From the NCBI GenBank assembly GCA_000934665.2, contig KZ538034.1:1-64000 (forward strand): a stretch of 64,000 nucleotides of DNA. The letters run 5' to 3'. Shown piece after piece: positions 47,911 through 60,163 of the stretch. Within the stretch, counting starts at the first letter, position 1. Each line of letters opens with the position of its first letter. The stretch comes from Catajapyx aquilonaris (lineage: Eukaryota). A program made the position numbers and the translations under genes. The notes below the pieces were generated by a model, which made no database searches, was not told the origin of the DNA, and saw nothing but the letters and a program-made list of their open reading frames with translations.

Positions 47911-50900
47911 ATGGAGCTGACGGCTTTCAACGTGGAGAAGGCCGTCAGACAGTTTTACTCTGAGAGCTGCGGGATACAGTCGGAGCTGCACCAGTGGCTC
48001 ACCGCAGCGCAGGTCTCCCCGCAAGCATGGGTCTTCGCATGGGAGCTGTTGCAGGGGCATAAGGTCCGCAGATGTGTGAACTATATTCTGAGACATTGCA
48101 GCCACTTAACATCTTGTTTGTCTTAGGATTTCGAAGTCCAGTTTTTCGCTGCGGGAGCTCTGTATGTGAAGGTGTTGAGATTCTGGCATGAGGTCCCGGC
48201 TGATCAGTACGGGGTGCTGAAGAAGAAGCTGCTGGAATGTGTGGTTGCTTACTCAGGAGGACCAAAAGTTGTGCTCACGAGGCTTTGCACTGCTGTGAGT
48301 AGAGATAATTTGCTACGGATTAAAAGGACACATGAAGCTACGTTTATACTTGAGCGATTTGACGAGCGAAGTCTTCACCGAGCAGTCACATCGCTAAGTA
48401 ACCAAAATAACCAGTATTGTTTGAGGCGAAAATATATTGCTATTTTCACCTCAAACAATATTGGTTACTTCGCTTGGTGAAGACTTCACTTGTCAAATCA
48501 CTCGAGGTGCGTTTACATGTAAGCGATTTCATGAGCAAAGTCTTCGCCGAGGGATAACATTTCTGAGTAACCCAAGTAACCAATATCGTATGAGGTAAAA
48601 GCAAAGAGTTCTGCTACATTGATTAGGTACACCATGTCAGCTGGTAGAGTTCTTAAATCAGGCTTTCTCGTGATGTGTGGCTTGAATATTGTAACACAAT
48701 ACTGGTGAAAATTCATTGTCAGTCAAAGTCACTTGTCTATTTACAGAACACGTTTGGCGCACAAAATATTTTTATAGTTGGCAAATCTCACAAGTCCACT
48801 CTTCAGATTTTGCGGAAATGTGAAGAAAACACCATGAATAGTACCACTGGCATAAATGGCATAGATGAGGTGCAATACAAGTATATTAAGTACAATACAA
48901 TATTAAAATAAAATCGAAGAACGTCTAACAAGTATAGCAGAGTAGGCCTAGAATGAAAATAATATATTTCAGATAACATCTTTTATTACAAGTACACAAA
49001 GTGTCAACTTCATATTACTAACATTCTCATCACAGAAACTACGGAACCATCACTCTTTCATAATTATTGAATGAAGTAATAGATTCAGGGACATGTCCGA
49101 GCAGGATGCCGAAAGCAGTTCCTCAGCCCTCTCTGCGATGTAATTTTTCTTTCTTAGTGTCACCAATAGGTCTCGCATTGTCGCGATTTTCCTATCTCTT
49201 CTTCGCAGTTTTTGCTGGAGAGATTTTATCTTTCGCAGCATTGTTCTCTTTGTTGGTGACAATTCCTGACTGCAGCTGGGTGTAGCCGGACATTCAGTGG
49301 GGCACTGGTCACCACTTGCGGCTTCAGATGTTTGTATGCTTTCAATGGCATCATCTAGATTCTTTCCAGTAAGTTTGCGTGCTTTCTAAAAAGAAATGTG
49401 CAATGGAAGAATTCATGAACAAGGATGTCATGCAGGTGCATTAACGTGATTCCCAATTCTTAATTGGACTGGCTGCAAATCTCACAAATTGGTTACATAA
49501 AAGATCCCAGTTCCTAAAATGAAAGGTACAAGAAGAGAAAGCAGCAAATTGCAATTTAAGCTCGTTGATATGTATTACAGTGGCCTACATTTCCTGTACT
49601 GCGTATTCAGGTCATACTACAGGGTCACTCTAAAGCCAGGATACGTAGGTCATTGGATTGTATTGTTCGTTTCCAGTTGTTCCAACTCAAGCGCCAAGTG
49701 TACCAACTCATCCTTTACTGACTGTCAACAATCTGGTAGTTGGCACAACTGAAAACCAACAATTCAATGCAATTACCTATGTATCCTGACTTTAGAGTCC
49801 TGTATAATTATTATGCATTTGACCAAAGTTCAGTACCTGTTGTGAAGGTTGTTCGTGCTTATCATCGCTAGTGTAGTGTCTCTTAGCTGGAGGTATCGGG
49901 AATCCCTGCTTCGGCTGAAGATGTGTGGGGAAATTATTGAAGATGGTGGGAAGGGCATTGTTTTTCAGGAGGCGAATGTTAGAATTAGGCCGGAACTGAT
50001 AAGAATCTTCGGAAAAGTGTAAACTGCATAGCCTAGTGTGCTTCGTGGGCTGGAACTTATCCCTCTGTAAGCTGACTGTCCACTTTTCAAGCAGGTCTTT
50101 TTTGTTCAAGGGGAAACTGCAATTTTTAATGACACTTAGTTTCACAAAATTAAATTTTTGGCATTTTAAAATTATTTACATGACATTTATTACCTGTGCA
50201 AAGACACCGATGAGCCCTTTTCCGCCCTGGATTTGCACCCGAAGACGCAGCAGTGGTTTGGCATGGTCCTCTTGAGTTCTGAGCCGTAGTTCTGAGTCTA
50301 AACATTCTGACAGTTGTCTAGCAACTGGGACAACAATATTACCCAAGTAAAGATGGCGGCAAAGGGGAAATGATAGGGAGTTGTCTCTCTAGTTACTATA
50401 CTGTATACTAAACTCTTTGGGTGAAAGTAACAAATTATTTTCGCCTCAAACGATACTGGTTACTCGGGTTACTCAGCGGTGTTATCGCTCGGCAATTACA
50501 TCGCTTGATCAAATCACTCACATATAAACACACCTTCACATGTAAACTCGGCTTGGTGGTGAGGTGTAGCGGTTGAGCTTTCACCAACTTGCATGTCTCA
50601 AATTGAAATAATCTAGATGGGTTATCTCCGTTTGTCTAGGTTTTTAAGTCCTGCTGTTTCCTGCCGCAATTAAAATCCATCAGCTTCGCTCTATTGAATA
50701 AAAATGAGAAACTTCATCAAATGATGAGAGGTTATTTTATTGTTCATTTTAAGCATTGAGCCAGGTACTATCATGAACAAAATGATGGAGATATTCTGTC
50801 AGAGAAAGATCAAGCGTTCCCTGAAATAATGGGAGTTATTGTCAGTGGGACGCTGCCACACATTAAACAACGTCACTCCTCAATATTCATGGCTTTTGTT

Positions 50901-53900
50901 GCGCTGATTCTTCCAATTAACCAAACCTGCAGGCAGTCATATCTCTCTATTTGCATGCTATGCTACATATATTCACGTAATAACTCCTGTCGCTGTTAAT
51001 ATGCACATTTTTAATTGTAATTTTCTCTGGCAACTCTTTTCCAGCTATCAGTATATATTCTTCACACCATCCCGGAGCACTGGGCCAATGCAGTAGGAGA
51101 AATCATTGACATTTTTTTGTCCCAGCAGTCCACCCAGGTACCTCATCAGAGGACCCTACTTGTTTTGCTGGAAATCCTCACGGTCATACCGGAAGAGGTG
51201 AGGTTGCCCTTTCCTGCTAGTGATTAATTGACTAATTCCAAGAACTTAGTTCCAGACGATGCACCTTGCACAGGGCCAGAGAGGTGTGGTGCGCAACGAG
51301 CTCCAGCGCAGCCTTCCCCAAGTGATGGGCCTACTCATGCAAGTGTTGGGGAACCAGGGTGAACCCGGGGACGGGCAGGGGTCTGGGGACGTAGAGGGGA
51401 AGGGTGGCGCCTCCTCAGAGGCCATTCAGAGGGCCACCCACTGTGTGTCCGCCTGGGTCCAGTTTGGTATCCCTCTCCCTGACACTGAGGGACTGGCCCT
51501 GCAGCTCCTCCGTGTGGTGCAGACACGAGAGTGTGCTTGCGAGGCTGCCCTAGAAGCCCTGACACACCTGGTCACACAGCCAGACTCGCACAAGTTTCCC
51601 GCTTCACTGCTCAGGCTTTTGCACCACATCTTGCAGCTGCAGCCATTTCTACAGTGTGCTTTAGCACAAGGAGTGCTGGTATGACCATACAGTTTTATTT
51701 TATCACAATGCATGTGACAGTTTGTCAGACCTCACTTAGCACTAGTTGAAGTTATTTCCTAATTGTGATGTAATGAAAGAAATTTATTTTAGGATGTGGC
51801 CACATCTCTCTATGCATTGTACCTAGCATTTGCGGAGAGTCACTCCAGACTTCTCCTGGAGTCTGTCTTGGAGGAAAGCCAGAACAAGGAGAATGTCTTA
51901 CGTCTCATCCAGATTATTCTTCAGTGTAGCAGTACCCCAGGGTATTATCCTAGTGAGGAGAGCTGCAGCGTCTTAGCATTTGGATTCTGGTATATCCTGC
52001 AGGTTAGTATTCTTCTGCTTGCTGCATTCTAACGTTTTCTAGCTGATTATATTTTTAATTAGGACGACATCATCACATCTGATTCTGAAAAGTACAGAAG
52101 CTACATAAGTCTCATGTCATCAGTGTATCGTATGCTGGTGGATGTGATGCTGAAGAAGTCACAATACCCTCCAGCTGATGCGGACTGGTCCAGTGATGAC
52201 AGGGAGACTTTTCGATGCTACAGGCAGGATGTAGCTGATACAATGGTGAGGACTGCTTGTATATGAAAATCCCAAGCTTCACATAAAGATAAAATGATAA
52301 ATGCCTGACGTGAATTAGAGTACCTCAATAGGAGTTGCATTAATTCCCCTTCGTTGGTTCTCAGACATATTCGTACAGCATCTTGAAAGAGGATATGCTG
52401 GCCTTCCTGCTTCAGCGCCTGGAAGAAGCAGTGTCTACATGCTTAGAGGACAACAGAAGGTGGCAGCCCTTGGAGGCCTGTATCCATGCATTTCACTCCC
52501 TGGCAGAGAGTATTGGTACTGAGGAAATGATCTACCTCCCCAAGTTTATGGCCACTCTGCCCACTATTCCTTACAACAACAATTTGCAAGTTATCACGTC
52601 CACACTAGACACTATAGGTACAATCAACTTCTCCAAATTGCCAATTTTATGCTAGTATTCGCAATTGCATAGCCGTTGAAGCATGATTCTTTTAACTGGA
52701 GCATTGTGTTGAAAAGCTCCTGTGAATGTAATGATGCATTTATCGCCAAATGTGATTATTCGAGAGATAAGATTAGGCACCAGGTATTCGACTAACTCTA
52801 GTTAATCTTAATTTGAAAATAGCCTTGTTGTGACACCTAATTGGTGTACTGAATGTTGCACTGGTTATCATGGGGAAGTTTTTCATATCCATCTTTTGAA
52901 TTTCATCACCATCTTTTGAATTTCATCACAGGTGCATATGCAGAGTGGATTAACTGTCACCCGGAGGTCCTTCCCCACATGGTACCTTTGCTGGTGCTGG
53001 GACTGGCTAATCCAGACATGGCTCCTGCAGCTACAATGGCTCTCAAGGATCTCACAAGGGATTGTTGCCAGACCAGCATGAGGCCTTTTGCACAGCAAAT
53101 ACTCACTGCCAGCCAGGTAATACATCTGCTGGATTGAGGCTGTGTAAGGCATGTCTCAATGTTTTTTAAAAAAAACCATTGTTCTTTTGTAGCAAGCCCT
53201 AAGTGGAGGAACGCTCAAGTCAAATGAATGTGTCCGATTGATGTATCCAGTGGGAAAAGTGCTGTCCATGCTTCCGCACAAAGACATTATGGAGTACCTT
53301 AACCACATGCTGATGCCTCACATACGAGATGGGCTGCTCAATTTGGCAAGACAGGAAGTAAGTGAATATGATTGCATTGTTTGCAGTTTATGTCTGCAGG
53401 AAAACAAGTGTAAAGCCAAAGGATTTCCAATGTTCATTCCAGCCATCACCGACAGTGAAAGCTGGAATTCTTATCAGGCTCAAGATGGTGGCCATGTTGT
53501 TCACGACTTTGGATACAAAACCACGGGATGACTATGCTTTGGAAGATTCGGAAGTGCAGTCCCAGAAGCAACAAGTACAGGAAGGCAATGCGGAAGTGCA
53601 GCCTGTATTCCTTGTCTTGACAGAAATTATGACTGTTTTGCAATACTTGGGACAGACTTGGCACAACGATGGTAACGTAGTGGAGGTGAGCCTGGTAGCA
53701 TAAGCCATCATTGGGATAGATAATATTGGCCTTAAAATTTATTAATATACAACATTGTTATGCATCAATAGCTCGTACATTCTATTTGCAGTAGTTATGG
53801 CTTAATTCTGTCGTTTCTCTATCCGCAGGCTCTGTGTTCAATATTTAAGCAATCGATAGCCACACTACTGGATGACTGTGGTCCTCTGGTTCCTACCATG

Positions 53901-55429
53901 CTGTCTCTGCTGGTCAAGATGTATCAGCAGTACCCTCACCCTGCAATCATTGACTTAGCCAAACAGGTACAAATTGAATTCCCAATGAGCCAATAAATCT
54001 TGCAACAAGTAACAGTAAAGAGACTAGTACAGCAATAATTAGTGCCTTGCAGGCTTATATTTCCACCTTCTTAACTAGTTTACAAGGCATCATCAAGTAC
54101 TGTTTGTTAAAAGCTGCATTTTAGTGACTCAATGTCTAATAATTTTTATTCCCCTTGGAATCCATGTTTTACAATGGGGCAATTTGTGTACTGCAAGATT
54201 TTTAAAAGCTGAGAATTGATAACAAATACAGGAGTACTAATATCTAACATCCTTCCCACAGTTCATGGTAATGTTTGGACGAGATAACTCTTACTTTTTG
54301 ATCTTGGCCTCCCTTCTACTGGAACTCTGCAACACTACGCTGCATCTGTGCAATACAAATATGGCAGAGCATACAGATATTTTGGCCGCATTCTTTCAGA
54401 TGTTATCAGGCTTGATGAAGAAAAATCCAAATCTTCTGGCCAAAGTCAATGTAGATTCTCTCTTTCAATGTGGTAAGTATAGGCTGGCATTTGCAATTAA
54501 TTTTTTGCGAAAGTGATACAGCATTAAAAATGCACAAAAATAGTTACATGTACATGCTCTTGTATGTCCTTATTTCATTTTTTTTACCAGCCATATGTGC
54601 CTTGGGACTGAACGAAACACCAACAGTGAAGGCTGCCTCATCTTTTTTGGTCCATTTTATCACAAACATATCTGAAACACCTGAATTTGCAACTGTTGTG
54701 AGCAGGGAAGGAGAGGCCTTGGTGCTGCAGACACTTAGATGCATAGGTGAATATAATTAGTGAAAATAATTCCAATTAGAAAAAGTAGCCGAGTGATAAA
54801 AATGTTTTGTGACAATTTGTAGTGCAGCATGGTAAATGCTAATATAAATACGGTACACTGGATTGCACTTTAAAAACTGTTATTTTTTAAATTACAGGTG
54901 GAGAAAGTCCACGGGGTTTAATAGATCACATAGCAGATGTTTTACTAGCCCTGAACAAAAAGCATTGTGAAAACCTGAGTTTCTGGTTGAAGAAATCTCT
55001 GGCAGTCGAAGGCTTTCCATCTCCCCGAATTGGAAACCAGCAAAAGGATCATTTTGCTAGTCTTGTACTTCGGTAAGTCATCTAAATTGAGGATATTCTT
55101 GAAAGTGCCTGCAAACATTTTATGAGTTGCAAACTTCCCAAGCCTTACTTCAGAGAAATTTTAACGTATTAAAACATGACATGCTATATGTGAATGATGG
55201 CACCATGCCAGTTATTTATTGAACTATGAATCAAAGATTTTCAATCTCACTTGGCATAATTTTGTATTGATGTGTTTATTACTGTCAGTTTTAATAACAC
55301 CTCACTTTTTTCTATTTCAGTGAGAGGGCGAATAAACGAAAATTGCAAGATACTGTGAGGGAATTTACCTTACTATGCAGAGGACTGGTTGGATCTGAGT
55401 ATGCTGGACAGAGCTCACTCTATTTATGA
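47911..55429 (+). CDS. IPO13: Importin-13; 15 exons: 47911-48063, 48127-48294, 51045-51197, 51250-51678, 51793-52002, 52063-52245, 52365-52617, 52932-53116, 53193-53357, 53443-53685, 53829-53966, 54262-54472, 54591-54746, 54898-55072, 55321-55429
   Basis: HQWLTAAQVSPQAWVFAWELL, EVQFFAA, GPKVVLTRLC, LEILTVIPEEFQT, FGFWYILQDD, FRCYRQDVADT, ETPTVKAA, RERANKRKLQDTVREFTLLCRGL; all junctions GT-AG and in frame. Confidence 0.94.
48340..48601. mobile_element. Two adjacent palindromic MITE copies; the second is split by the THAP element and continues at 50420-50535
   Basis: 48340-48507 is self-complementary. 48506-48601 pairs with 50420-50535 (ctgagtaacccaagtaaccaatatcgt / acgatactggttactcgggttactcag). 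Confidence 0.8.
48602..50419 (-). mobile_element. Non-autonomous P-superfamily-like (THAP) DNA transposon in IPO13 intron 2
   Basis: Terminal inverted repeat CAAAGAGTT (48602-48610 / 50411-50419). Flanking 8-bp direct repeats ggtaaaag (48594-48601) and ggtgaaag (50420-50427). Contains a THAP gene and splits a palindromic MITE into two halves. Confidence 0.8.
49050..50264 (-). CDS. THAP zinc finger + coiled-coil protein (~228 aa), no transposase catalytic domain; exons 50264-50194, 50116-49837, 49385-49050
   Basis: MPNHCCVFGCKS...LHSFP...EKW...PTKHTRLCSLHF...LKNNALPTIF is a C2CH THAP domain with an AVPTIF-like box. The third exon joins in phase 0 and contains LRKIKSLQQKLRRRDRKIATMRDLL. Minus-strand AATAAA at 48987-48982. 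Confidence 0.8.
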
Positions 55430-58400
55430 GTAATTGAACAAGAGCAGCTGCTTTGCCTCTCAGGCTCATAAGCAAGTACTGTGCATAGGCTGTGATTCTT
55501 ATTTGTGATGTACACTTTGTAGTGTGAAATTTTTCGTAGCGGAATCAAGTCAGTGTGGTTCATATGGAATACTTGCGGTTCAAATGTTGGGACAGATGAA
55601 ACGTGTCAAATGCCATGAAGTACAACAGTATTAAAATGTCAGAATTCAAAAGCAGATAATGTTGAAAATTGATCCAACTTAACCCAGGCTAATTTATGAA
55701 CCTTGCTTTGAAAATCTGGTACAGAGTTACAGTGTAATTCAAGGTCGAGATTACCTGTTTAGTATTCTCTACTGCAGTTAGTGAAGTGAAATTTGACAAC
55801 CACAGATTTTTATTGTCCAGTTTTTGAAGTGTAAATATGAATTGAAGGTCTCAGAGGCTGAATGAATATGCGCCAATGGTTGACTCTCAGGTGAATATTT
55901 CTGAAACAAACTCAGACACAAATTGAATATGATAAGTTACGATGTAAATTGACTAAAAATTATGTGCATTGCAAGGAGTGAGAGTGGAGTAAGGAGGCAT
56001 GTGTGAGAATTCTAAGAATAAAACTGACATAATTCTAATTCATCAGTAGTGACGTGATCTTTTAAAAAAATTCCAGACATTGACACCTCAGAAAAAGTTA
56101 CCGTTTCATTAAATTCAGTGAAACGTTGAAGAATAAGAAAAGTAAGCTACGGAACAATTTGGACCAGTGTGGATTTCTCGTAATTGGGAATGCTTTTGTA
56201 ACCGATGACTAGCTTCATAATTATTTGCTAGCATTATTTTTGGTGAGATGAATACGTGCAAATAGTTTATTTCCATTTGACTGAAAACATGCAGTACAGG
56301 GTTTCATATCAAACGTATTTAGTGCAGTGTACCCTGAAGTGACCCATATGCTGTAGACTACTACTTTGAAGGCTGCTGAATTTCTTATTTACTTATTCCA
56401 AGTATGTTTCCAATGTGTAATGTGAGGAATTAGGAAATTTCTCAAGACGAATATGGCTCTTGTGAACCTATGTATAAGTTTTTCACAGTGCAGAAAACCT
56501 GAAACCCAAAGAAGTAATGAAAATAGTGCAACTTGACATTATATTATATTAAATTATAAGAAAACATGATTGCATTTGTTGCATGTACCATTAATGGTTT
56601 GGTATTTGTCAGGACTTAATAATTGTTACTCATGTCCCATCTGGATTGCATTTTTAGGATTCTCGTTTGCATGGTTGGTTGTTATGCGAACTAAGCCATC
56701 AGGTGAAGGTCAAGAAGATGAGAAGTTAGAGGAGAAAAATTAAGTATACGGTATAAAAATAAAAATTTAAGCAGATTATTTCAAAGAAGCCTTGGGTTAA
56801 GCTGCTAATTGTGACTTTCACATAAGTGAAAGTTGACATTTTGACACTTGCTCATTAAACAAGTTGGCTTGTGAGGGTGTATGTGAGTTACACTTGGGAA
56901 ATATACGTTACCGGTACTCTGATTACTTGAAGATGAGGAAATATTGAAAAGTTCCTAATACGACATGTAGCAATTTGTCCTCATACAATGCAATTTAATG
57001 CACTCTAGTCAATCCTTAAATCAACATAAAGCTGGCCTGTGACTATTATTTTTATTTATTTTTATGTCGTCACCTATGTTCTACAATACTAACTTAACCA
57101 CAGTACGTCTCAAGTCCCTTTTTTTCTAGTACCTGGCAACAGAACACAGAATCCACCGATCCATTTGCATAACATTATAAGGGTGATAGACCTTATATAG
57201 AAGGTCAATGAGATAAGGGTAGTCTGTTTTATTAATTCCATTATGTAATAGAAATTTGGCTGGTTATGCCATTAACTTGAGCGTCTGGGGCTCCTAACCT
57301 GACCACTTCATTCCGGTAGAGTAATATGCACATATTCATTTTATACGTATGGTAGCTAGATGTGATGTTGATCAAAGGACCCCAAAGAGTGACCTGTGAA
57401 TTTGAGATGCATAAATGTTTCTTGTGAAAATGTCATGTAAGTAGGCCACACGAAGCAATATGGCAGTCAATGATTAAAACATTTATAACTGATTTTCAGA
57501 ATATCTAACTTAATACCCATAAAAACCTAACTTACCACTGCGAATGTGTGATTAGTGGGAAAACTGTTGGATTTAAAACTTTCAGTGATTTCACTACTGA
57601 CTTACATTTTCTGGTACTAGTCAAATAGTCACATTTTGTAATTCTGAGGATGCTGTAATCTTCAGAGATGATGGGATACAATCTTGATTTTTCTGTCACC
57701 ACAATACATGATTCTGCACCTACTGTCGAAACTGCTGTGTTTTACTGATGTCCTATGCAGATCTTGCAGGAGTTGTAGTACACATTTGTCAGGAATACTA
57801 TCGTTGCCAACACCAACATGATGTTGATACAACTGTCTCATTTACAGTAGGTAAGTTAATGTGAAGGTGTGTATCACTTGTTGTTCCAATGGCAACCATT
57901 TTAAAACTTTAAGGTTACTTTTTGGTTACTATTTCATGGCTTTTGAGTTACTGCTGTTACTACAGTATTGTTCTTTGTGAAAATGAGTGGCAGCCACATG
58001 ACATAAAATGGTATCCATTGCATATACATTATCCCAATCCAGAGAGGAGCAAACTGGTGTTAACCATCTCTCTGCAAATGGCAATAATCCTGCAGCTTGT
58101 CATGTAATTTGCTTCAATTTTTGACAAACTGTTATTTTTGGCTGGAAAACTGCAATGTCGATGGGGTTACTCTGTAAACAATTTTGATTGCTCAAGGTTC
58201 TTTATTCCAGCACCACTGATAAACTTTCTTGAGAAATAAATGTGCTGCTAACAATGCTACTACATTATTACAGTTTTCAAAAAAATAATGAGGTATCAAT
58301 TTTAACATTCACTTATACTGAAGCACAGACTGTAGTTTGGAGTATTTCAGACAAATATGAACTGTGTCAATGGAAAGAAGGAACATTACATATGATTCAT

Positions 58401-60163
58401 TAGAGCATATATAACCTGGGAGTGATCACTGCTCATGAAGTATTGTACCTCTACTACAGGAATGACACTAACTAGTTAGACAGTTATTAGACATGCCAAT
58501 AGTATGGTACCTGGGTTTCTTTACTATTAATTTTGAAGAACTGTACTGGTTGAAGATGTGTGAAAAAATGCATACTCGTGGATGTGTGGTGGCATCAGCA
58601 ATAGTAGGGCCATTTTCAGACTGCATGTTGTGTATACGAACTTAATAATTAATGCCCAGCATTAGTGTGACACCAATTTGAGTGAAAGGAATTTTGGGTT
58701 TTGTACTCCTGCCATTTCAGACAACTGATGCACAAACTGGTGTTAATATGATGAATGGTGCAAGTTGTTCATAGAAGTGACAGCAACAACAATAACTTGC
58801 AACCAACTTGACCCACACATCTTATTATTTTTATCCCATTTGTGCATCTTTCTAGAGATGAAAACATCGTCAGGAATGGTTGAACCACCACACGTACACC
58901 ATCTCCATTTGTTACACATTACAGTCAGCCCCCTGCTAATCCATGGCCTTGTTTTTGGCTGTTTCAGTTACATGTGGTTTGAAAATATTCGTAATAATAC
59001 ACCTTCAAGTAGCTAATGGAATGCACCTTTATTAAGCTCTTTAAACTGGAATAGATATTAAGCTGCAGACTGAAATGTTCACAGGTTGAAGACCTGATGA
59101 GTTTTTTCCTTCATCATTCAGGCCCCCATCCTCATTCCTTGAATGATAAATTCTGGGTATGCGCCACAGTTTTTAGTTTTCAAATATCTTCAATAAACTG
59201 GCCTGAGGTACAGGTTTGCACTGATTTTCAACACTTGTAAATCTATGGAAGGAAATAAGTTACTGGTCGTTGCTCTATTGTGAGTTCAGGACTTTCTCAT
59301 TTATCCAGAATCTTATAAGTAGCCTGTGCAGTAGCTTTTGCTTTGTGGGAAACCAGGAGAAACTTACATTAACAGTACAATGAAATTACTGATATCATAG
59401 GAATGTTGTGAATTGATTGGTTTGGCATGTGATTAGTCCTTAGGTGATTTTATTTTTGTGTTGTATTACTTGCAAGGACTGTGTGTGATAAGTAACAATG
59501 TATTGCCATATAAATATGCATAAGCTACTTGTGGCATGAATTAACAGTGCAGAATGAACCATTATTTTGTGTTCTGGGGGTTTGATTGCTTAATTGACAT
59601 GGCTTCTAGCACTGCAAAAGCAAATAAGACTATGGTCACCTGAAGAGAACTCTTCTTGGAAGGTGCATGATTTGATGAGTTATATCACAAAAAATTCAGT
59701 TATGAAGTATTCATCTCAAAAGCACCTGCCATTCAGCTTGACAACCATGCATCATTATTTATGGGAACCATTTTATGTTGGTGACGTGTTTTTTTCAAAC
59801 CTGTGCAGTAATTATTATTGCAAGTGAGAAGAGCATTACTATACTGATTGTTATCGTTTACCATCAAGAAACCCAGGTCCTACAATAGGCCACCCTGAAT
59901 AGTCAAGCTTACTGGAGCTTACATCATGGTAACAATAGTTTCTTTGGAACCCTGACACTCGAGTTCAACTACTCCTTTACTTTATTGTCCGTGATGTGTA
60001 GTTTTCGTTGGCAGTCGGACTTCCATCTGCGACTTCTACGTCGTGTCTCTCTCTCTTCTCCGCTCCCACATTTTCATGCAAGTCCTTCACTCTCATAGTC
60101 TTGAGAAAATTGGAAGCACAGAGATAGGGTGGAGGACAAGCAGACACCAAACAACAGTCAGTC

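Noticed and set aside
49586..49748. Possible extra THAP-gene exon starting at acceptor 49748
   Set aside because: Stop codons occur in all three frames soon after the acceptor; skipping it keeps the ORF intact.
55430..60160. 4.7-kb stretch between IPO13 and the lectin gene
   Set aside because: AT-rich, with no convincing exons, repeats or RNA genes seen; likely long 3' UTRs.
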